Origin: an uncultured Sphingomicrobium sp.
GTDB lineage: Bacteria; Pseudomonadota; Alphaproteobacteria; Sphingomonadales; Sphingomonadaceae
Length of the DNA: 64,000 nucleotides
Assembly: GCA_964235815.1 (NCBI GenBank)
Contig: CAXSCF010000001.1
Coordinates: 26,313-90,312, forward strand
Direction: 5' to 3'
The position numbers and the translations under genes were made by a program. Every line of letters begins with the position of its first letter. The first letter of the stretch is position 1. Shown here piece by piece: positions 9,054 to 18,995 of this stretch. The notes under the pieces are model-generated. The model made no database searches and was not told the DNA's origin. It saw nothing but the letters and a program-made list of their open reading frames with translations.

Positions 9054-10031
9054 TTACCCGTTCAATTTGCGATGCTCGCCCTTGACCCGGCGCACGGTCC
9101 CAGAACTCGCGCGCATGACGATGCTGTCGGTTTCGACTGTCCCGTCGCGGCGGCGCTTGACCCCGCCGAGCAGCGACCCGTCGGTGACGCCCGTGGCGGC
9201 GAAAATGCAATCGCCGCTGGCCATGTCCTCAAGCTTGTAGATGCGGTCGAGGTTCTCGATCCCCCAGCGCCGCGCGCGTCCGCGCTCGTCGTCGTTGCGG
9301 AACACCAGCCGGCCTTCGATCTGCCCCCCGACGCAGCGCAGGGCGGCGGCCGCGAGCACCCCTTCCGGCGCGCCGCCCGACCCGACATAAAGATCGATCC
9401 CGGTGTCGGGGTTGGTGGTCGCGATGACCCCGGCGACATCGCCATCGGGGATCAGCATGATGCCGCACCCGAGCGCGCGCAATTCGGCGATGATCGCGGC
9501 GTGGCGCGGGCGGTCGAGCACGCAGGCGATGATCTCGTCGGCGGCAACCCCCTTGGCCGCGGCGAGGCTGCGGACGTTGTCGGTCACCGAGCGCTCGAGC
9601 GAAATCACCCCGGCGGCATAACCCGGGCCGCACGCGATCTTGTCCATGTAGACGTCGGGGGCGTTGAGCAGCCCGCCCTGTTCGGCGATCGCCAGCACCG
9701 CGAGCGCATTGGCGCCGGCCTTGGCGGTGATCGTCGTTCCCTCGAGCGGATCGAGCGCGATATCGATGCGCGGCCCGCCATTGGGGGCGGATCCGACCTT
9801 TTCGCCGATATACAGCATCGGGGCTTCGTCGCGCTCGCCCTCGCCGATCACGACGGTGCCGTCCATCGGCAATTCGTTGAGCGCAGCGCGCATCGCCTCG
9901 ACCGCGGCGGCATCGGCGGCTTTCTCGTCCCCGCGCCCGACCAGATAGGATGCGGCAATCGCCGCCGCTTCGGTCACGCGAACCATTTCGAGGACGAGGA
10001 CGCGGTCGAGGACCGATGACGCAGTGACCAT
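9054..10031 (-). CDS. glpX: Class II fructose-1,6-bisphosphatase GlpX
   Basis: 325 aa, starting LEMVRVTEAAAIAASYLVGRGDEKAADAAAVEAMR..., a typical GlpX N-terminus and length. Confidence 0.9.
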   Translation of the reverse strand: MVTASSVLDRVLVLEMVRVTEAAAIAASYLVGRGDEKAADAAAVEAMRAALNELPMDGTVVIGEGERDEAPMLYIGEKVGSAPNGGPRIDIALDPLEGTTITAKAGANALAVLAIAEQGGLLNAPDVYMDKIACGPGYAAGVISLERSVTDNVRSLAAAKGVAADEIIACVLDRPRHAAIIAELRALGCGIMLIPDGDVAGVIATTNPDTGIDLYVGSGGAPEGVLAAAALRCVGGQIEGRLVFRNDDERGRARRWGIENLDRIYKLEDMASGDCIFAATGVTDGSLLGGVKRRRDGTVETDSIVMRASSGTVRRVKGEHRKLNG

Positions 10032-10155
10032 GATGACTCCTGATGGCGAGCTCCCCCAGCCCGTCCGGGCCGAGCCTTCAAAGCCCTGTTGTTGTGGACC
10101 GCCCTAGAAAAAGGACCGGCGTTTCACAAGCCTGTCCTGGGCGAGCGCGCGCGCT

Positions 10156-10662
10156 TCAGGACGAAGGGGTGGGCTCGCTCTCCTCCTCGGCTTCATGGTC
10201 GAGGATTTGGGTGCGGACGCGGACGCTGCGCGTCCCGAGCCGGGTTTCGAACAGGAAGATGGCGAAGCTCAGCGCGGTGAAGATCATTGCGGCGATGAAC
10301 AGCAAAGCGACCGCGGTGCCGATCTTGTACCCGGTCAGGAACGCGACGAACAGCAACACCACCACCGCCGAGATGATCAGCGCGGCAAGCACGGTCGAGA
10401 AAATCGCGGCATTGACGATGCGGATGCGGCGATCGAGCAGGCGCACTTCGCCGATCAGCCGCTCATGTTCGGCGCCGCGGCTGGCGAGGATGCGCGGTTC
10501 GAGCGCGCGGGCGCGATCGACGATCCGCGCCAGCCGGCCGGCGCAGACATTGAGGAACGCCCCGATCCCGGCGAGCAGGAACACCGGCGCGACCGCAAGC
10601 TGGATGATCTGCGCGAGGTGGGTCAGTTCGGGACTCGGCGGCAGGAGCGAGGGCGTCGTCAT
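10156..10662 (-). CDS. DUF2721 domain membrane protein
   Basis: The internal ATG (MTTPSLL...) overlaps the upstream gene's stop as ATGA. Sequence QLAVAPVFLLAGIGAFLNVCAGRLARIVDRAR and the TM pattern are DUF2721-like. Confidence 0.65.
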   Translation of the reverse strand: MTTPSLLPPSPELTHLAQIIQLAVAPVFLLAGIGAFLNVCAGRLARIVDRARALEPRILASRGAEHERLIGEVRLLDRRIRIVNAAIFSTVLAALIISAVVVLLFVAFLTGYKIGTAVALLFIAAMIFTALSFAIFLFETRLGTRSVRVRTQILDHEAEEESEPTPSS

Positions 10663-11237
10663 CCGCTGGGTGTGGAATCGCGCTCGCAACTGGCGATTTC
10701 GAGCAACAGCATGCCGGTGATGACGAAGCTGATCGCGAGGATCCAGGCGAAGCTGGCAACCATCGTCGGGGTCGGGCCGAACAGGCTGACGATCAGCGTC
10801 GAGATCGACAGGCCGACCAGCAGCAACAGCCCGAGTGCGAAATCGGTCGCCGCCGAAATCGCGATCCAACGCCGCACCGATCCGTGCGCCAGCGCGGTGG
10901 TGATCGCGAGGATCAGGCCGCGCACCAGCAGCCACGCGGTGACGATGGTGATCGCGGGGAGAAAGCGGGTGCTGGTGTCGATCAGGAACAGGATGCCGGC
11001 GACGGTCGTCACGGCGCCGGCGAGGAGGGCGAGGAATTTGGTCTGGTCGCGCAGGATCGCGGCGAACATCTCGACCAATCCGGCGGCGAGCAGCAGGATA
11101 CCGACGACGCGATTGCCTGCGATGCGGTCGAGGAACGGCAGCGCCGCGGCGCCCGTGCCGAGCAGGATGATGGCGACCCCCGCGGCGGTAACGAGGCTTG
11201 GGCGAGGGGTGTGCGAGGGGCGCGTGGCGTCGGTCAT
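10659..11237 (-). CDS. HdeD/DUF308 family membrane protein
   Basis: 192 aa with repeated DUF308-like TM hairpins (GILLLAAGLVEMFAA...). Confidence 0.65.
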   Translation of the reverse strand: MTDATRPSHTPRPSLVTAAGVAIILLGTGAAALPFLDRIAGNRVVGILLLAAGLVEMFAAILRDQTKFLALLAGAVTTVAGILFLIDTSTRFLPAITIVTAWLLVRGLILAITTALAHGSVRRWIAISAATDFALGLLLLVGLSISTLIVSLFGPTPTMVASFAWILAISFVITGMLLLEIASCERDSTPSG

Positions 11238-11303
11238 GCCGGGGCTTTAGCAGAGGAGCGGCGCGCGCTCCATCCGCCTCGGCGCGGAGCGGGTGCCCCC
11301 CGG

Positions 11304-11945
11304 CTAGCGATCATAGGCCGGCAAGCTCAGCCCGCGCGCGATCGCCGCGCCACGAAGCGAGAAGCCCGACAGGCCCGCGACCAGAGCGCCCAGCGCCGGG
11401 GGTGCGCCCGCCAGCGTGGCGATGACGTAGAGGCCCGAGGCCAACGCGGCGGCCGTGACGTAGAGCTCGGGGCGCATCAGGATCGACGGTTCGCTCGCCA
11501 GCACGTCGCGGATGATTCCCCCGACGCAGGCGGTCATCACCCCCATCGCAAAGGCCGGAACGGGGGCGACTCCAAAGGTCAGCGCCTTGGCCGCGCCGTA
11601 GGTCGCATAAGCGGCGAGCCCGAGCGCGTCGAACCACAGCAAGGCTTTCCCGGCAAAGGCGTGACTCGAGAACATCCACACCGCGAGCGCGGCGGCGATG
11701 CAGATCAGCAAGGTCGCATTGGTGTGGACCCAGAACACCGGCGCCCCGATCAGCAAGTCGCGCAGCGTTCCTCCGCCAACCCCGGTGACGACCGCAAAAA
11801 AGATAAAGGTGACCAGGGTCTGCTTTTTCTCCGCCGCGAGCAGCGCCCCCGACACCGCGAACACCGCAATCCCGACATAGTCGAGCAGGATGAGGGCGTC
11901 GGGCAGCGCGACGGGTGGCAAAGCGGGGGTCATGCGGGCGCTCAT
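11304..11945 (-). CDS. Trimeric intracellular cation channel (UPF0126/YadS) family protein
   Basis: LLDYVGIAVFAVSGALLAAEKK...GVGGGTLRDLLIG repeat architecture. The listed ORF starts at a TTG at 11969; I use the first ATG at 11945. Confidence 0.75.
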   Translation of the reverse strand: MSARMTPALPPVALPDALILLDYVGIAVFAVSGALLAAEKKQTLVTFIFFAVVTGVGGGTLRDLLIGAPVFWVHTNATLLICIAAALAVWMFSSHAFAGKALLWFDALGLAAYATYGAAKALTFGVAPVPAFAMGVMTACVGGIIRDVLASEPSILMRPELYVTAAALASGLYVIATLAGAPPALGALVAGLSGFSLRGAAIARGLSLPAYDR

Positions 11946-12018
11946 CGTCCCGGCACGGCGCTTATGCAACCGTCATCCGGGGTGACGACGTGGGGAAGGG
12001 AAGTGTAGGGTGCGACTC

Positions 12019-13770
12019 ATGACCGATCCTTCTCACGCCGCCCCCGACGCCACCCCGCCCCTCCCCGGGATCGAGGACATGCAGCACTGGACGATGGTCA
12101 TGGGCCGCGCGCAGCACATGCTGATGGAGGCGTGGGCGGACAATCTCGCCAAGGGCAGTGCGCTGCCTGGGTTCGGGCTCAAGACTCCGCCGGCCAGCGC
12201 CGACCCGATGGCGTGGATGAGCGCCGGGGCCGAGGCTTGGGCCAAGGGGCTCGAGGCGTGGAGCGACATGATCGGCCAGGCGACCAAGGCAAGCGAGGCC
12301 AAGGACCGCCGCTTCGGCGCCCCCGAATGGTCCGAAAACCCGATGTTCGACACGATGAAGCAAAGCTACCTCGCGATCAGCGACAAGTTGCTTGGCACGG
12401 TCGAGGAGATCGAGGGCCTCGACGACGCCGCCCGCAGCCGCCTGCGCTTCGCCACCAAGGGCTTCGTCGATGCGATGAGCCCGGCCAATTACCTCGCGCT
12501 CAACCCGCAGGTGATGAAGCGCACGATCGAAACCAAGGGCGAAAACCTCATCGCCGGCCTCAAGAACATGCTCGGCGACATCCAGCGCGGGCAGGTCAGC
12601 CAAAGCCCCGAAGGCGCGTTCGAGCTCGGCCGCAACCTCGCCGTCACTCCCGGCAAGGTGATCCACGAAACGCGGCTCTATCAATTGATCCAATATGCCC
12701 CCGCGACCGATCAGCTGCTCGACACGCCGCTGATCGTCTTCCCGCCGTGGATCAACCGCTTTTACATCCTCGACCTCACGCCCGAGAAAAGCTTCGTCAA
12801 ATGGACCGTCGACCAGGGCGTGACCCTGTTCATGGTCAGCTGGAAATCGGCCGACGCGAGCATCGCCGACGTGACGCAGGACGATTATATCGCGGCCCAG
12901 CTCGACGCGCTCGCCGTGGTGCGCGAGTTGCTCGGGGTCAAGGCGGTGCATGCCATCGGCTATTGCGTCGCGGGAACGACGCTGGCGGCGACGCTGGCCT
13001 ATCTGGCGACGAAGGGCGAGGCCGACACGATCGCCAGCGCGACCTTTTTCACCGCGCAGGTCGATTTCGAGGATGCGGGCGATTTGAAGCTGTTCCTCGG
13101 CGACGAGACGATGGCGACGCTCGGGCAATTGACCGCCGAGACCGGGGTGCTCGACGGGCGGGTGATGGCCGCGACCTTTAACCTGCTGCGCGGGCGCGAC
13201 CTGATCTGGAACTATGTCGTCAACAATTACCTGATGGGCAACGACCCGCCGCCGTTCGACCTGCTCCACTGGAATGGCGACGTCACCAACCTGCCCGGCG
13301 GCTGGCACCGCGACTATCTCCAGTCGCTATACCGCGACAATCAGCTGGTCGAGCCCGGCGCGATCAAGGTCATGGGGGTCCCGATCGACCTCACGACCAT
13401 CGCCACGCCGGCTTACATCCAGGCCGGGCGCGAGGACCATATCGCGCCGCCTGCCAGCGTGTGGAAACTGATGGGCATCCTGGGCGGTCCCAAGCGCTTC
13501 GTGCTTGCCGGGTCGGGTCATATCGCCGGGGTGGTCAACCATCCCGGCGCGAACAAATATCAATATTGGACCAACGACTCCGACCCCGCCTCGCTCGACG
13601 CCTTCGTCGCCGGCGCGACCGAGCATAAGGGCAGCTGGTGGCCCGACTGGATGGAATGGTTGCGCAAGCAGGCGCCCAACACGGTCAAACCCGACGGCGC
13701 GCGCGTGCCGGGGCAGGGCAATCTCGCCGCGATCGAAGACGCTCCTGGCCGATACGTGCGGACGCATTAG
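12019..13770 (+). CDS. phaC: Class I poly(R)-hydroxyalkanoate synthase PhaC
   Basis: ~583 aa with the lipase-box-like GYCVAGT and a PhaC N-terminal region. An alternative GTG start lies at 12010. Confidence 0.9.
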   Translation: MTDPSHAAPDATPPLPGIEDMQHWTMVMGRAQHMLMEAWADNLAKGSALPGFGLKTPPASADPMAWMSAGAEAWAKGLEAWSDMIGQATKASEAKDRRFGAPEWSENPMFDTMKQSYLAISDKLLGTVEEIEGLDDAARSRLRFATKGFVDAMSPANYLALNPQVMKRTIETKGENLIAGLKNMLGDIQRGQVSQSPEGAFELGRNLAVTPGKVIHETRLYQLIQYAPATDQLLDTPLIVFPPWINRFYILDLTPEKSFVKWTVDQGVTLFMVSWKSADASIADVTQDDYIAAQLDALAVVRELLGVKAVHAIGYCVAGTTLAATLAYLATKGEADTIASATFFTAQVDFEDAGDLKLFLGDETMATLGQLTAETGVLDGRVMAATFNLLRGRDLIWNYVVNNYLMGNDPPPFDLLHWNGDVTNLPGGWHRDYLQSLYRDNQLVEPGAIKVMGVPIDLTTIATPAYIQAGREDHIAPPASVWKLMGILGGPKRFVLAGSGHIAGVVNHPGANKYQYWTNDSDPASLDAFVAGATEHKGSWWPDWMEWLRKQAPNTVKPDGARVPGQGNLAAIEDAPGRYVRTH

Positions 13771-13775
13771 CGTCC

Positions 13776-13858
13776 GTCATCCCGGGCTTGACCCGGGATC
13801 CGCCTACTTCTGTGACCGCCACGTAATAAGGCAGGCCCCGGGTCAAGCCCGGGGTGAC
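13776..13858. repeat. Inverted pair of a ~22-nt GC-rich palindromic (REP-like) element between convergent genes
   Basis: GTCATCCCGGGCTTGACCCGGG (13776-13797) and CCCCGGGTCAAGCCCGGGGTGAC (13836-13858) are near-perfect reverse complements. Each arm also contains its own CCCGGG-N5-CCCGGG hairpin. Confidence 0.7.
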
Positions 13859-13862
13859 GGGA

Positions 13863-14084
13863 TCACAGAATCCCCCCACCGAGCATCAGCCGCACGATCC
13901 CGACCACGATCACCACCAGGTTCAGGTTGCGCCCCGCCTTGCCCGCGCTCGCCGCGCCGATCCCGGCGCCGATCAGCGCCAGCGGGATGATCAGCCAGTT
14001 GGCCCACCCGAGCAAAGGCAGGAAGGCGACGGCGGCGAGGACCAGCGAAACGAGGCCGATGATCACGGAGACGATGTTCAACAT
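13863..14084 (-). CDS. Small hydrophobic membrane protein (73 aa)
   Basis: ATG start, strongly GC3-biased codons, 2-3 predicted TM segments. No clear SD sequence. Confidence 0.5.
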   Translation of the reverse strand: MLNIVSVIIGLVSLVLAAVAFLPLLGWANWLIIPLALIGAGIGAASAGKAGRNLNLVVIVVGIVRLMLGGGIL

Positions 14085-14128
14085 GAAGCGCTAGATGGGT
14101 CTGCTAAGCTCGCCAAACAAGCGCTCGC

Positions 14129-15070
14129 TCAGTCGGAATTGGGATCAGCCCCGCGCTCGCGCGACTGCGGCCGCACGAACACCTTTAACAATTGCGGATG
14201 GCGCACCTTGATTGCTTTTTCGAGGCGATAGATGAGCTGTTCGACTTCCGGGACATGGAGCGATGGATCGATGATCACCCCCAGCGTGGCGATGACTTGA
14301 TCGGGAGCGAGCTGGGCGGTGGTGATCTCGACCACTTCCTCGATGCATTTGTCCTTGGTCGCGGTGGCGCGGATCGCATCGCTGAGCTCGGGCGAGGCAC
14401 GCTCGCCGATCAGCAATTCCTTGCTTTCGCGCGCCAGGATGATCGCCACCACCCCAAGCACGATCCCGATCAGGATCGAGGCCATTCCGTCGATCCGCGG
14501 ATCGTCGAGATAGAGCGCCAGCCCGGTGCCGACCGCCGCGATCGCGATGCCGAGCAGCGCGGCACTGTCTTCGAGCAGGACCATGAAACTGGTCGGATCC
14601 TTGCTGTCGGTGATTTCGGTCCACAGGCTGCGTCCGGTGCGGCTCGTCGAGAATGCCTGCCACGCGAACCACCACGACCCGCCCTCGAACAGCAAGGCCA
14701 GCCCGAGGACGACGAAATTGACGAGCGGCCGGGTGATCGGTTCGGGATTGCGAATGTGGACGACGCCTTCGTAAAAGGACACGCCGGCTCCGACCGCGAA
14801 CACCAGCAAGGCGACGACGAAGCACCAGAAATAAAGCTCGCGGCCATAGCCATAGGGATGGCGCTCGTCGGGCGCCTTGGCGGCGCGATGCTGGCCATAC
14901 AGCAACAACACCTCATTGCCGGTATCGACCAGCGAATGGACCGCCTCGCTGAGCATCGCCGAGCTGCCGGTGATCGCCGCGGCGACGCCCTTCGTCACCG
15001 CGATCAGGCCGTTGCCGATGAGAGCGGCGATGATCGCGGTGCGGGAACTATGCTTGGGCACGCGGGTCAT
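14129..15070 (-). CDS. Cation diffusion facilitator (CDF) family transporter
   Basis: [22 protein letters not shown] and a CDF TM/C-terminal domain pattern. The start is at the internal ATG (MTRVPKHSS); the upstream extension of the ORF overlaps purA. Confidence 0.8.
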   Translation of the reverse strand: MTRVPKHSSRTAIIAALIGNGLIAVTKGVAAAITGSSAMLSEAVHSLVDTGNEVLLLYGQHRAAKAPDERHPYGYGRELYFWCFVVALLVFAVGAGVSFYEGVVHIRNPEPITRPLVNFVVLGLALLFEGGSWWFAWQAFSTSRTGRSLWTEITDSKDPTSFMVLLEDSAALLGIAIAAVGTGLALYLDDPRIDGMASILIGIVLGVVAIILARESKELLIGERASPELSDAIRATATKDKCIEEVVEITTAQLAPDQVIATLGVIIDPSLHVPEVEQLIYRLEKAIKVRHPQLLKVFVRPQSRERGADPNSD

Positions 15071-15158
15071 AACCGCGCCGGCGACGGTTCGTTGCAGCGC
15101 TGGACGCGGTGGCGCGCAATCAATAGGAGCGCGGCGGTATAGGCCAAGGGGACCAATT

Positions 15159-16448
15159 GTGGGCAATGTCACCGTGATCGGCGCGCAATGGGGCGATGAG
15201 GGCAAGGGCAAGATCGTCGATTGGCTCGCCAGCCGCGCCGACATGGTCGTGCGTTTCCAGGGCGGGCACAATGCCGGGCACACGCTGGTCGTCGGCGATC
15301 AAATCTACAAGCTTTCGCTGCTGCCGTCGGGGATCGTGCGCGGCACCCCGTCGGTGATCGGCAACGGCGTGGTGCTCGACCCGTGGGCGCTCAAGGCCGA
15401 GATCGAGAAGCTCTCGGCGCAGGGCGTCGTCATCACCCCTGGCGTCCTCATGATCGCCGAGACCTGCCCGCTGATCCTCCCAATCCACCGCGATCTCGAT
15501 GCGCTGCGCGAGGATGCAAGCGGGGCGGGCAAGATCGGCACCACCCGGCGCGGGATCGGCCCGGCTTACGAAGACAAGGTCGGGCGCCGCGCGATCCGGG
15601 TGTGCGACCTCGCGCATTTGGGTGAGCTTGATCCGTTGCTCGACCGGCTGTGCGCGCATCATGATGCGCTGCTCGCCGGCTTTGGCCAGCCCCCGGTCGA
15701 TCGCGCCCGGCTCACCGCCGACCTCGCCGAAATCGCCGACTTCGTGCTCCAGTTCGCACGACCCGTGTGGCGCGACCTCGACGAGGCGTCGCGCGCGGGC
15801 AAGCGCATCCTGTTCGAAGGCGCGCAAGGCGTGCTGCTCGACGTCGATCACGGGACCTATCCGTTCGTCACCTCGTCCAACACCGTCGCCGGCACCGTCG
15901 GCCCGGGCAGCGGGATGGGGCCGAGCGCCGCCGGGTTCGTGCTCGGCATCGTCAAGGCCTATACGACGCGGGTCGGCAGCGGACCCTTTCCGACCGAACT
16001 CGACGACCAAACCGGCCAGCGGCTGGGCGAGCGCGGCCACGAATTCGGTACCGTCACCGGGCGCAAGCGCCGCTGCGGCTGGTTCGACGCCGTGCTCGTG
16101 CGCCAGTCGGCCGCGGTCAGCGGCGTCACCGGGATCGCGCTGACCAAGATCGACGTCCTCGACGGCTTCGACAGCGTCAAGATCTGCACCGGCTACCGCA
16201 TCGGCGACCAGCACTACGACTACCTCCCCGCCCACGCCGCCGACCAGGCCGGAGTCATCCCCGTCTACGAGGAATTCGACGGCTGGAGCGGCACCACCGT
16301 CGGCGCGCGCAGCTGGAACGACCTGCCCGCGCAGGCGATCAAATACGTCCGCCGCATCGAGGAACTGATCCGCTGCCCCGTCGCCCTCGTCAGCACCAGC
16401 CCCCAGCGCGACGACACCATCCTCGTCCGCGACCCCTTCGCCCGCTGA
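15159..16448 (+). CDS. purA: Adenylosuccinate synthase PurA
   Basis: [23 protein letters not shown] from the GTG at 15159, with AAGGGGA upstream. 429 aa. The listed ORF's long N-terminal extension is spurious. Confidence 0.9.
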   Translation: MGNVTVIGAQWGDEGKGKIVDWLASRADMVVRFQGGHNAGHTLVVGDQIYKLSLLPSGIVRGTPSVIGNGVVLDPWALKAEIEKLSAQGVVITPGVLMIAETCPLILPIHRDLDALREDASGAGKIGTTRRGIGPAYEDKVGRRAIRVCDLAHLGELDPLLDRLCAHHDALLAGFGQPPVDRARLTADLAEIADFVLQFARPVWRDLDEASRAGKRILFEGAQGVLLDVDHGTYPFVTSSNTVAGTVGPGSGMGPSAAGFVLGIVKAYTTRVGSGPFPTELDDQTGQRLGERGHEFGTVTGRKRRCGWFDAVLVRQSAAVSGVTGIALTKIDVLDGFDSVKICTGYRIGDQHYDYLPAHAADQAGVIPVYEEFDGWSGTTVGARSWNDLPAQAIKYVRRIEELIRCPVALVSTSPQRDDTILVRDPFAR

Positions 16449-16523
16449 GCGCCGTCATTTTTGCCCCTTTCCATCGCTGGCGAAGCGCCTAATCTCGCGC
16501 CCACCATTGATCAGGGGGATGGC

Positions 16524-18995
16524 ATGACCAAGCGCGCTTCGATGCTCACCGCGGGGACCGCGATCGCGGCCTGCCTGTCGCTCTCGTGCCCCGCTGGAGC
16601 GCAACCCGTGAGCATCGTCCAGCCCGGCATCCCCGGCGCCCCCGTCCGCGTCATCACCCCGGCACAGGCCGCGCAGATCGCCGACACGCGCTTCACCCCC
16701 GCCGATATCGCTTTCATGCAGATGATGACCGTCCATCACAATCAGGCGGTGGTGATGGCGGCGCTCGCGCCGTCGCGCACCAACAACCCCCAATTGCTGA
16801 CCGTGGCGAGCCGCATCACCGCCGCGCAAAAGGACGAGATGGCGTTCATGCGCGACTGGCTGCGCGCCCGCAACGCGCCGTTGACGATGCCGGCGATGGA
16901 CCATGCCATGATGGGCCATGACATGGCGGGCATGACGGGGGCGGCGATGCCCGGCATGTCCGACGCCCCGACGATGAAGGGCATGGCGACGCCGGCCCAG
17001 CTGACCGCACTCGGCGCCTCGAAAAGCGCTGCCTTCGACCGCATGTTCCTCGACCTGATGATCGCCCATCACCGCGGCGCGGTCGACATGGTCGAAACCC
17101 TGCTTCACCAGGTCGGTTCGGCGTCGGACCCCGTGCTGTACCAGTTCACCACCGACGTCAGCAATGAACAGACCGCCGAGATCAAGCGCATGGATACGCT
17201 GCGCGGCTCCTATGCGGGCGATCCGCGGGTCGATCTGAAGCCCGGCTTCCGCACGCCCGGCGAAGCCATCTCCAACCTCGTCAAGCTCGCCTCCTTGCCC
17301 AAGCCGGCGGGCTTCTTCGACCCCGCCAACCCCGAAGGCGTGCCCCCGCCCAAGGCGAAGAAGGGCGTCAAGCCCGGCGCCGCGCCGCGCCCCGGCGACG
17401 CCAAGGCCGACGGCGTCGAATGGAGCGAACGCGCGCCCTTGCTCAGCTTTGCCCAGACCGACATGGCGTTCGACCGCGACCGGCTGTTCGTCGGCAATTA
17501 TCACGGCTTCAACATCTATCAGCTCGACGCCGGCGGCATCCCCCACCACATCAGCTCGGTCGTCTGTCCCGGCGGGCAGGGCGACGTCTCGGTGGTCGGC
17601 AATCTCCTCCTGATGTCGGTCGAACAGGGCCGCGGCCGCACCGATTGCGGCAGCCAGGGGATCAACCAGGACATCAGCGCCGAGCGTTTCCGGGGGCTGC
17701 GCATCTTCGACATTTCGGACATCACGCGCCCGCGCCAGGTCGGCCAAGTCCAGACCTGCCGCGGATCGCACACCCATTCGGTGGTCAAGGGCCCCGAGGG
17801 CGACGGCCGCATCCTGGTCTATAATTCGGGCACCTCCGCCGTCCGCAAGGGCGAGGAACTGGCCGGCTGCGTCGGCAATGTCGCGGGTGACACGCGCACC
17901 GCTTTGTTCCGCATCGACATCATCGAAATCCCCGTCGCCAATCCCGGCGCGGCGCGGATCATCGCCAGCCCGCAAGTGTTCGCCGACGCCAGCGGGCGCC
18001 CCGCCGGGCTCGGCAAGGGCGGCAAATTGGTCGACGAGGGGCAGGACACCAGCGTCACCGACCAGTGCCACGACATCACCGTCTTCCCGACGCGCAAGCT
18101 CGCCGCCGGGGCCTGCTCGGGCAATGGCATCATCTTCGACATTTCCAACCCGCGCCAGCCGCGCCGGATCGACGTCGTCAGCGATCCGGGCTTTGCTTAC
18201 TGGCACAGCGCGACCTTCAACAATGACGGCACCAAGGTGCTGTTCACCGACGAATGGGGCGGCGGCGGGCGGCCGCGCTGTCGCAGCTTCGATCCGCGCA
18301 ACTGGGGCGCCGACGCGATTTACGACATCAAGGACGGCAAGCTCATGCGCCAGGGCACCTACAAGCTCGCCGCGCCCCAGTCCGAGCAGGAAAATTGCGT
18401 CGCCCACAACGGCTCGATCATTCCCGTCCCCGGCCGCGATATCATGGTCCAGTCGTGGTATCAGGGCGGCATTTCGGTGTTCGATTACACCGACAGCAGG
18501 ACCCCGACCGAGATCGCTTATTTCGACCGCGGTCCGCTCGACGCCAAGCGCCCCTCGCTCGGCGGTTACTGGTCGAGCTATTATTATCACGGCCGCATCT
18601 ACGGCACCGAAATCGCGCGCGGGCTCGACGTCTTCGCGTTGAAGCCAAGCGCGATGCTGTCGGCCAACGAGATCGCCGCCGCGGCGCTCGCCAACCCCGG
18701 CCAGACCTTTAACCCGCAACAGCAATATCCGGTCCAGTGGCCCGCCGAACCCGTCGTCGCCCGCGCCTACATGGACCAGCTGCGCCGCGCCGGGCAGCTC
18801 GACCCCGCGCTCGACCAGCGTCTCGGCGCGGCACTGGCGCAGGCGCAAGCACCGCTCGACACCCGCACCAAGATGCGCCCGTTGGCGGGGGAGTTGCGCT
18901 CGCTTGCGGATGCGGTGGGCGGCCAGTCGAACGATCCGGTGCGCCGCGGGGCCTTGTCGAATGTACTGAAGGCAATGGCGCGGCGGCTGGACTAG
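16524..18995 (+). CDS. Secreted DUF305 (ferritin-like) domain fused to an LVIVD-repeat beta-propeller protein
   Basis: The ATG at 16524 follows AGGGGGA and gives the signal peptide MTKRASMLTAGTAIAACLSLSCPAGAQ. DUF305-like halves are present (FMQMMTVHHNQAV, FLDLMIAHHRGAV), followed by ~550 aa with LVIVD-type repeats (GNLLLMSVEQ, GDGRILVYNS). Confidence 0.65.
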   Translation: MTKRASMLTAGTAIAACLSLSCPAGAQPVSIVQPGIPGAPVRVITPAQAAQIADTRFTPADIAFMQMMTVHHNQAVVMAALAPSRTNNPQLLTVASRITAAQKDEMAFMRDWLRARNAPLTMPAMDHAMMGHDMAGMTGAAMPGMSDAPTMKGMATPAQLTALGASKSAAFDRMFLDLMIAHHRGAVDMVETLLHQVGSASDPVLYQFTTDVSNEQTAEIKRMDTLRGSYAGDPRVDLKPGFRTPGEAISNLVKLASLPKPAGFFDPANPEGVPPPKAKKGVKPGAAPRPGDAKADGVEWSERAPLLSFAQTDMAFDRDRLFVGNYHGFNIYQLDAGGIPHHISSVVCPGGQGDVSVVGNLLLMSVEQGRGRTDCGSQGINQDISAERFRGLRIFDISDITRPRQVGQVQTCRGSHTHSVVKGPEGDGRILVYNSGTSAVRKGEELAGCVGNVAGDTRTALFRIDIIEIPVANPGAARIIASPQVFADASGRPAGLGKGGKLVDEGQDTSVTDQCHDITVFPTRKLAAGACSGNGIIFDISNPRQPRRIDVVSDPGFAYWHSATFNNDGTKVLFTDEWGGGGRPRCRSFDPRNWGADAIYDIKDGKLMRQGTYKLAAPQSEQENCVAHNGSIIPVPGRDIMVQSWYQGGISVFDYTDSRTPTEIAYFDRGPLDAKRPSLGGYWSSYYYHGRIYGTEIARGLDVFALKPSAMLSANEIAAAALANPGQTFNPQQQYPVQWPAEPVVARAYMDQLRRAGQLDPALDQRLGAALAQAQAPLDTRTKMRPLAGELRSLADAVGGQSNDPVRRGALSNVLKAMARRLD

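Noticed and set aside
11962-13308. 448-aa ORF antisense to phaC
   Set aside because: This is the same high-GC antisense artefact. phaC on the plus strand carries clear family motifs.
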